A DNA stretch of 64,000 nucleotides from Antedon mediterranea (Eukaryota; Animalia; Echinodermata), in assembly GCF_964355755.1 (NCBI RefSeq), contig NC_092677.1, positions 2,316,101-2,380,100 on the forward strand. The letters run 5' to 3'. This document shows, one piece after another, positions 54,995 through 64,000 of this stretch (position 1 is the stretch's first letter; each line of letters starts with the position of its first letter). Under the pieces are notes generated by a model. It had not been told where the DNA came from and did no database searches. It saw nothing but the letters and a program-made list of their open reading frames with translations. A program made the translations under genes and the position numbers.

Positions 54995-57900
54995 TTAAGC
55001 CTTCTGCTCCATTGATTTCTTCCGATCGTCTGCCTGCTTGATGTCTTCATACCGATAGAGGGCATCGTTCAGTGTCTCTACCATGGTTTCTTCAATTTGT
55101 GGAAATAACTGAAAGGTACACAGACATTTATAAGTTAAACAAATCAAAACATATAGATGGCGCTATACCATATACGAGATCTAATGGTAACAAGTCCAAG
55201 TCACAGAGACTCACTCATGATTAAGCTGCGTCGTTGACCAGCGAAAGCTAGAGTAAAAAACGTAAGTTTACGAATTTTATTCGACTTTGGATCATCCAAA
55301 AGAAAATTTACTATTTCAATCAAAACAATCAAGCAATCTTATAGAGAAAACCTTAAAGAGTACGCGCGTTTGACAATGATGATGATGATGATGAGGATGA
55401 TGACAATGATGATGGGGATGATGATTATGATAGTGATGATGATCTAGATATATATGCCTACAGTTTTCTGTTATACCTTTGCAACCGATTGGAACATCGG
55501 AATCAGTATGTACTTAATGAATCCAATCTGAGTCGACGATTTCGTTACTTTGTCTCTGTCCATGAACGGTAACACGGGAAGGCCTTCCATTTTCTCCCGG
55601 TCGCTCTAAAAATACAAAGAAAATTATTTAGGTACACACTATAAATTCATTTCAGACTTTATTACCATGGCATTAAAAAATACATACTCCCCAGTCTGAC
55701 AAAGGTTTACATTTAGACAGACTTAACTCTAAAAATCAAAGCTTATTCTTCCATTGTTTCTGTAGATTCGATACTAACATACGTAACATACGTAATTAGC
55801 AATGTCTCAAGCGCCGCCCCGTATGTCTCTTACCTGAATGAAATACTCGGTGAGTAGGCAGTCGACCCATGGCTCTGATACCTCCATCGGTCGCACTTCG
55901 TTCGAGATATCACAACATTTGATCAATACCATCTTTAACTGTTGGTTACACAAAATAATGCTTTTAATGTGGAAATTATGATAATTATGATGATTACTAT
56001 CAACCATCAATGATCAAATATTGGTAAATAGGCCTAAACAAGTAGTAAAGTTAAAAAGAATCGAAAGTGTAAGTTCGTCTCAAAGAGAGGGGATCAGAAG
56101 AAAAAGTGCTGTACACTTGGAACGGATACAAATTATTTGTTAGAGGAAGGCGACGAGATGGAACATATCAAGGGAAAGGTTGGGTGATATAAAATGAAAG
56201 GAGAACCAATAAAGACACACTAAAGGGAGAAGATGGCTGCTAACCGATTTCAGATGATCCTCGTTGTTAAAGTCAAAGCCTTGCTCAATCTGCCTCTTAA
56301 ACTCGTTCATCACGTCACCATGGTTACCCATATCAGTCGCTAGGATCAGTGTTATCATTTCCTGCATTTTAATAGAATATTAAAAAAGAAAATTAATTTT
56401 AAAAATAAATTAATTAAATTGAAGGTCATAGTATCAAATGACATTATTAATAATTTATTAACACAACTATATTTTTCAGGTTCGTTCATTTGGTAAACAT
56501 TGTAAAGCTCTGTCTGCACTATCAAACTTTATGTGACAAAAAACTACCATATTTGGGAATATCACTTCCTTATTTGGGCAAATCACACTTTTTTTGTCAA
56601 ACTAGTTTGATAGTGTAGACAGAGCATTTGTGTGTATTTTGACGATAGATGGTGAAAACGTTTTAGAGAAACGGCCGCCATACCTGTCGGATACGTCTGA
56701 ATCGTTCGGGTTCCACGTTTGCCAGTATATTGTACTCTGGGTTGCCCAGTATCCTAAAGGCCACCGAACAATGGTGATTTTCTAGCGGTGAAATATCGTT
56801 GTATCGGACAGCTAGCTCCGTGCGAGCATTGATTTGGTAACTGAAATTAAAAGAACCATGTAAAATCAATATTTTAGTCAATTTGATTTTTTAAAATGAT
56901 TAGCAATATTAAACAGACAATAATACATTGTTTTTATTTATCAATTTATGGGAGTATACAACATACTAAATAACAACTGTTATCATTGCATTTACAAAAA
57001 TGTATTGATATAAAAGGCAAAACTATTACCTGAAGAAATGATTTGCTACACAAAATTACGAATTGGTAAAACTTACGAATTACTGTAACCGGGATGGTCA
57101 AGATCGTGGCAGACTGCCGATATCATGAGTATTCCCACATCCTCAAGACTCAGAATGTTCTTAAGTTCACACAGATGTACCATACCATACATCATTTGCG
57201 TCACACAGAAACAATGTCGGAAATTATGGAACGGATTGTTTCGGTAATTTTCCTGGATACACAACTGTAACGGGATTAAAGGATGCAGTCAGTTGTACAT
57301 TGCTTTAACGATTGATTGCATGTAACGCGTTTTACGTCATGCGTTCAGATAGTGCGTGTGGCAGTTTACGCGTTGAATCTACGACAAGGCGCGCTTACAT
57401 TGACATTGTACTGCCTACCATCATACAAAGTTTGAAAACTGTTTTACATAAGTTAAGGACTTACCAGCCATCTTTTCAGTGTTATAGGATTCATGTTAAA
57501 TTCAGCTATCAGACCAAGTTCGTAGAACATATGCTCCATCAAACATAACATCTACGTAAAAACAATCATGTTTAATTTACACAACTTTGTAAGCATTGGA
57601 AAGGGTACATAATTCATATTTGTATTTATATTAATCTAGTTATTTCCATTCTCAAATTCTTTATAAAAAGAAGAAAACAATATATGTTAAAATGTAAATA
57701 AATAGCATTATATCATAACAGAAATATAATAGAAAAAATAAACGGAAAGGTGGAAACTTATCATTTTGAAAGTTTTACAATTAAGTACGTGCACTTACTT
57801 CGTTTGGTTCCCAATGCCAGATGTCGAATGTAGGATTTCGTAAGTAACAAATTGTTTCTTCTGATAACGTATACTAAGAAGTAACAATTCACTTTGTATC

Positions 57901-60695
57901 AGAACTCATATTTACAACAGAACTCACTTTGTATCAGAACTCACCAAAACCCATACAGAAATTACCAGTTATTCTAAGTTATGCTGTGAATATACCTCGC
58001 ACCTTAAGTTATATTATGTGCGCTATAATGTGTTTTTACATCATGCCTATATTATTTATTATATTATGTTATCATTATCCATGTTACCTTGTGATATTTT
58101 GGGACATCTCTTCTAGCAGCGATCATGACACTCCTCATATCAAAGGTTTCACTGTCAACACAATAGTACATAATGATATCATCACACAACATTGTTGTAT
58201 GGTTTCTAGATAATTAAAAGCTTGCTTTGGCTACTTCAAATAATCAGTCCATACGTAACATGATAATTACCTAGGCTAGCATACACACAATGCGTACACC
58301 TAGAACATGTTAATGTCTATTAACGTTATCGTCGAACAACATGACGCGGCAATAAAAGACTAAATTTAACACAATCATATAATTAAGTTCAGCCTAGAAA
58401 TACTTACTCTTTAGTGTTTTTCATTCCTTCTTTTATTCTCGATATTTCCAGCTTGCATTTTTCAATTTCTGTTGCCTTCATACCTTCAACTACAACACAA
58501 CCAAAGGTGGTTTTAAAAATAGTTTAAGGTCTGTTTACACTAGTACGATAACGACGATAGATAAATATAAAGTTTTCCTAGAACTTAATTGTCTTCGTCG
58601 ATAAAAATGATATCCATCGTCGTTAGCTAGTTATCACACTAGTGTAAACAGGCCTTAGACTTTTGAAGAATTGTCGTAATACAATACAAATATTAATAAT
58701 AATTTTTCATTATTCCTCAATGATAATAATACTTACATTCCATTCTTTTTTCTATAGCATTCAATCTGTCATGTACTTCTTTCTTTAGATCGTAAACTCC
58801 AAATGCCCTATACAAATGTGAATAACGTATGATGTACTTTGGTTTCAAAATTTAAAAAACATGACTAATACTAGGCTTATATCTTTTATTATTCAAATTA
58901 AACGTGCTTTAAAATTCATAACCAACGTTATATCAACAACACATATACGCGCTATATCTACCAAAGCAGCAACAACACACGCTCGCGCTATACCTACTAT
59001 TATTGCAGCAAGAAAACACGCGCTCTTTCTAACGTTGAAGTAGAAAATGCACGCGTTATATCTACCGTTTGTAGCAACAAATACCAGTTTAGCAATAAAC
59101 TTACTTTGTGAATTGTTCAGCTACTTGCGACAACACAGACTGAAACAGCACGTCATCTCCTAAAAGGTTAATTTCAATTTAAAAATAAATAGACTTGATA
59201 CCCAATAACTAACTAACTAACTTGCAGTCAACAGTTTATACACATATATGAACCAAAATTGTGGAAAGAATTCACTTGTAATGGTGGTAATAAACCGGTT
59301 ATTTTAAAGAAACAAAATAAATGTATAAAAAAACAGGTCAAAAAAATACTTTTTATCACTATATGCTGATTAACAACACCTTTGTTTATTTAAGTTCTAT
59401 ATACTTGTTCTTATGTAAAAGGGTCCTACAAAAAAAACGAAGCTACAGCTTTTTTATGCAGGATCCCTGTTTTCAGTTGTACTGTAATTATGACTAAATA
59501 AATGTGGAAATACCATGAGGATTTAATTTATACATTACTTTAATTTTAAAAGTAATAGAGTAAGATAAAATTAACGTTTCTTGGGCTTGTTAGGCGTATT
59601 CTTCATTTTTTAATTCAACACATTCAGAACATTTTAATTATCTAAAGAGGCGTTTTTGCTTTGACTAAATTAAGCAAAAATTACAATCTGGATCGTAGCC
59701 AATTTTTCCCTAAAATAGATTTCGGGAAAATTAAAAAGACAAAAATAGAGAGGGTCTGCCTTCGATTTTAACTAATTTAAAAACAGCTATTATGCAATCT
59801 GTATATTTAACGTCTAATAAAGGTAAAGACACAAAGCAAAAACCATGTCAATATCTAATAATCAACACATTTCACTTTGACTAAATTAAAACTATAAGCA
59901 GTTTTGCAATTTCATCTTAGCGGATTTCTTCTTCCAATTAAAATGATTAGAAGGAAAAATACACATGATTATCAACACTTATATACGCGCGCTTTTCTTC
60001 ATTTTGGAAAAAGGTGAATTTTACAGTCAACAGTAATCAACTCATCGATAGAATTAATTGAAAATGTAAGGCCTACAGAATTGTAACAAATTGGCAACAA
60101 CCTTTAGTTTTAAAGCGCTTTGAAAATTACCATCAAGGTAGATATACTAATTATAAGATACAATCAGGCATAAATCAAGCATTCATCAATAAATACTTTA
60201 ATGTCTTCCATTTCTAACTGTGGCGGAACGACGTACGCGCAAGTGATTTGTCCAATCAATGGTTCGGACGATCCATCGTGTCGTCATTGGTCAGATTACT
60301 TACGGCGCGTTTAAAATATCTCCTTGCATTACGTCCAATTTTTAACTGAACGGACATTTACATCTTTGTAATCAACGTATAGATCTTAAAGCATTTAGAT
60401 TTAAGTGTTCTGTTATTGTAGACCGTTTTAAGAGACACTAATTAGCAATACTATTTTTAGCTCTAGGCAGATATGCATACATTATAATTCTAGCTGAAGA
60501 TAATTATATCATATAAATTTTCATTCAAAAATAACATTCTAAATAACGTGAGTGAGGAAGACTTTGAACTCACAAATAATGCATCTGCGCTTTACACAAA
60601 TGTGTTTAAATTTCTTTGACTAGCTTTGTAAATAAAGAAGAGAAATCTTACCATGCGTAGAATCCAACGAAGACTCCACTATCTTATATGGCGTA
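54995..60695 (-). CDS. PDE9A: High-affinity cGMP-specific phosphodiesterase 9A, 3' part (5' exons lie beyond the window end)
   Basis: Exons 60695-60652 (TPYKI), 59159-59105 ([12 protein letters not shown]), 58807-58737, 58489-58408 (EIEKCK), 58151(or 58205)-58088 (RRDVPKY), 57873-57799 ([12 protein letters not shown]), 57551-57465, 57264-57077 ([15 protein letters not shown]...HDLDHPG), 56840-56684 ([15 protein letters not shown]), 56361-56245 (LILATDM), 55938-55834 ([10 protein letters not shown]), 55605-55477 ([16 protein letters not shown]) and 55108-54995 (stop). Close match to remembered PDE9A motifs. Confidence 0.95.
56506..56626. mobile_element. MITE family A copy (PDE9A intron)
   Basis: AGCTCTGTCTGCACTATCAAAC...GTTTGATAGTGTAGACAGAGC. 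Confidence 0.8.
58527..58656. mobile_element. Harbinger-type MITE (PDE9A intron)
   Basis: AGGTCTGTTTACACTAGT...ACTAGTGTAAACAGGCCT, preceded by TTA. Confidence 0.7.
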
Positions 60696-60902
60696 CTAAA
60701 ATAAAAATGATGTTATAAAATATTGACTCGATATTGATGGAAAATTGCTTTCTTTACATCGCTTTATGCATTTTTATTTGTTTGAGGGAATCAAACTTCC
60801 ACTAAGTCTAAGGTGGTTTCCACCAAACGCAAGGACGTACGCGCAAACCAAGTGATTTGACCAATCACAAGCAACAATTATAATGATCCGTCATACATGA
60901 TT

Positions 60903-63332
60903 TTTAATATCACAACACATAAAACTGTAAGAAAAAGTCGCAACCTAAAACAAATTGATATTGAGAAATTCACAAATGACATTAAAGCCTGTGTGTCTAA
61001 TATAACCGATGTAAGTGTAATTCTTGAAGACAGTGTAGAAAGCTATTCTGATCTCAGAGCTGTACTTGATTTTCATGCGCCAGTTCAGAAAAAAAAAACT
61101 AGGCAAAAGGAAGCTAAACCGTGGTATACCGATGAAATTCGATCTGAAAGGAAAGTACCTCGTCAACTTGAACGTAAATGGATGAAATCAAAGCTTCTTA
61201 AGGATAGACAGGAATACTGTGATCAAAGATGCGTTGTAAATGGACTGATTGAAAATGCCAAGACGCGGTATTACTGTAGTCTGGTTAGTGACTGCACAGG
61301 TGATCAAAAGAAACTTTTCAATTTAGTAAATAAACTTTTACATCACTCCAAGTCATCGGTCCTTCCTTCGTCTGTCTCCGATGAAGCTCTTGCTGAAAGA
61401 TTTTCTGTGTTTTTTGTAAATAAAATTAAATCAATTCGTGATTCACTAGAAAATGAAAATACTGCAGAAGTTATAACTGTTTCTGATAAATGTAATATAT
61501 CTTATGGTTTAACTAGGTCTATACAGTTTTCTCAGTTCGAACCTGCAAGTGAGGAGGAAATTTTAAAAATTGTCAAAAACTCTCCCTCTAAATCGTGTGC
61601 ACTTGACCCGGTACCAACTTCACTGATTAAAAAATGTACTTCTGCATTTATTCCATTAATCACACATTATTGTTAATAAGTCTCTTGAAAGTGGTTCTTT
61701 CCCAGAGTCTCTAAAAGTCACTCATGTTCGACCCACATTGAAAAAAATAGGTCTAGATCCCGAGATTCTGAAAAACTACAGACCTATCTGGAATCTTAGT
61801 TTTTTAGGAAAAATAATTGAGAAGGTTGTTTCTAAACGGATTTTTTCGCATGTACAAAAACATGGCCTACTTGATCCGTATCAATCTGCCTACAAAGCGC
61901 ATCACAGTACTGAAACGGCATTACTTCGTGTAAATAACGACATCCTACGTGGGATGGATGATAGAAAGCTAACTGCTCTAGTATTATTAGAAGTGCAGCA
62001 TTTGATACGGTTGACCATTCTGTGTTGCTAAATAGACTCAGTACTTATATTGGTATTGAAGGAAATGCACTTGATTGGTGTCGATCATATTTAGAAAAAC
62101 GACCTCAACACGTATGTATTGGTGATGCTATTTCAAAAGCTTCTCTTCTAAACTTTTCGGTACCTCAAGGATCTGTTCTTGGGCCGCAATGGTTTACTAT
62201 TTATTTACACCCGATACAGGATATCATAAGTAAATATGATCTGTGCTATCATGTTTATGCTGTTTCTTTTAAACCTACTCTATGAATTGCGTGTCTGGAT
62301 GAAAAACAACTTTCTTAAATTAAATGATGAAAAAACAGAATTTGTTCTCTTTGGATCAAAACAGCAGGTGGAAAAACTGCCACCAAGCTTTATTCACATT
62401 GGTGAAACCCAAATTGACCCGGATAGGCAGGTTAGAAATCTTGGGGTTGAAATGGATGTGGGTATGACTATGATTTCTCATATCTCAAAAACTATTTCTG
62501 CGTCGTCTTTTCACTTGCAAAACAAGGATTCGAAAGTTTATAAATGAGACAGCAGCTAAACAACTTGTTTATGCTTTTGTCACTTCACGACTGGATATGG
62601 GAAACTCTTTGCTACACGGGCTACCACAAAAACAACTCCACAGGCTCCAACTGATTCAAAATACAGCGGCACGAGTTGTTAAAAAATTACCAAGATATGG
62701 ACACATATCAAATATTGCATTGGCTCCCTGTTAGGTACCGCATTGTTTTTAAAATATTACTCTTTGTTTTTAAGTCTATAAATGGCATGGCTCCTGAATA
62801 TGCTTAGGCTGTATGTTCCCGGACGTAATCTGCGTTCTAGTGACTCGCTGCTTCTACATCAGCCTAAGTCTCACCACTCATGGGGAGACAGAGCATTTTC
62901 CGTTACTGCTCCTCGTCTGTGGAATGCTCTACCGAGCTCTATAAGATTTTGCAAAACTGTTGATACTTTTAAAAAATTATTAAAAACACATTTATTCATT
63001 AAGGCATATGGAAATCATAAGGTTTCTTAAAGTTTTTTAGAATTGTTTTGTATACCTTTTCCTGGCCAGCATTATATTTGGGGTGCCTCTGTCTTGGTTG
63101 TTGTCTCTGAGCACCCGGTCGTCTGTGGCAAGGCAAATGTGTATCCTGCTCCTTTGTTTGGTCACCTAGGTAGGGGTCTGGGACCGCGACAGAACGACAA
63201 CGGATGGGGACCCTCAAAAGAAATTGCATTTTATTTGTGAGGAATTTGTATGATTTATTTCTTTTATTTTTAAATGCGCCTTGAGCACTCTGGAGTGGTA
63301 TGTGCGCTATAAAAATCTTATTATTATTATTA
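60903..63332 (+). mobile_element. 5'-truncated, frameshifted L2-clade (CR1/L2 group) LINE in a PDE9A intron, antisense to the host gene
   Basis: ORF2 fragments: [94 protein letters not shown]...FKKLLKTHLF. The 3' end reads GTGCGCTATAAAAATC(TTA)n. Several stops and deletions are present. Confidence 0.92.
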
Positions 63333-63795
63333 TATTAATACTAGTTGCTCTGACATAATCCTGGCGTTGCGTCTAGAGCTTATACTTCCCAAACACTAAA
63401 CATTAGATCACTATGTTATGGAATGATTATTGATAGTAAGTGGGTTTTTTTAAATTTGTTTTAAAAATGTAATATTATGTATCATTGAAATAACTAGGCC
63501 TACGTAAGAAACAGATACACAGACAGACACCCGCAAACAAATTAGATATTATCAGGGAATATTATTAAGCTCATCTTCCGCCGCAACAACAATAACAGAT
63601 TAATAATTAACCATGTACAAACACTGCAGTGTATGAATACAGTGTCATTGTAACACGTGCGTTTTGCGTGAAAGGCCTATGTAAATGAAAGATAGAAAAA
63701 CCAAAGAGATATTGTCATTCTAGAGGGAGACCGGAAAACATGAAAAGCTCTGTGTGTGTCGACGACGGATCTATGTTCGCGATCATCGCTCTTTA

Positions 63796-63931
63796 AGCTT
63801 GGTTCTCACTCTTCGGACGCAACGCAAGCGCAAAGTAAGTTATTTTACAAATCACAAGCGATGGATTATTTGAACTGTCGCTTGTCTTTGGTCAACTCAC
63901 TTGCGTTGCGCTTACGTCCTAGTGGGAATCG
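63796..63931. mobile_element. MITE family B copy
   Basis: TTA-AGCTTGGTTCTCACT...CTAGTGGGAATC with CGCAACGCAAG/CTTGCGTTGCG arms. Confidence 0.75.
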
Positions 63932-64000
63932 AGTATTAAAAGACACGATAATCAATCAACTTATCGCGACATTTTAATCATCGCGTAGGCCGAGAAAGAC

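Overview
AT-rich, intron-rich animal genomic DNA. The gene content and repeats suggest a marine invertebrate, possibly an echinoderm (inference). Five spliced genes were rebuilt by hand with phase-consistent GT-AG junctions. (1) An unnamed 447-aa protein with signal peptide, V-type Ig domain, 26 GTGG(M/F)NP-type units and a GPI-anchor signal (+, 20455-24588). (2) ZDHHC3/7-type palmitoyltransferase (-, 29889-34829). (3) A 21-exon Mesh/SUSD2-like NIDO-IPT-AMOP-VWD-2xSushi-TM protein (+, 37994-49761). (4) GAPR-1/GLIPR2 CAP protein (-, 51406-53273). (5) The 3' part of PDE9A (-, 54995-60695, continuing beyond the window). The first 20 kb has no recognisable intact gene. Non-coding DNA holds a decayed L2 LINE, Rex1/Babar and CR1 relics, two tRNA-derived SINEs, Harbinger-type MITEs, an AcademH-like element with 9-bp TSDs and many minisatellites. 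The most notable items are the Ig/Gly-Pro-repeat/GPI protein and an apparent record of transposon excision: 17+17-bp P-element-type scars with 7-bp TSDs, and strongly enriched, sometimes chained TA-(GGCC/GCC/CAG/CG)-TA words. Most ORFs in the supplied track are repeat or chance artefacts. All coordinates were counted by eye.
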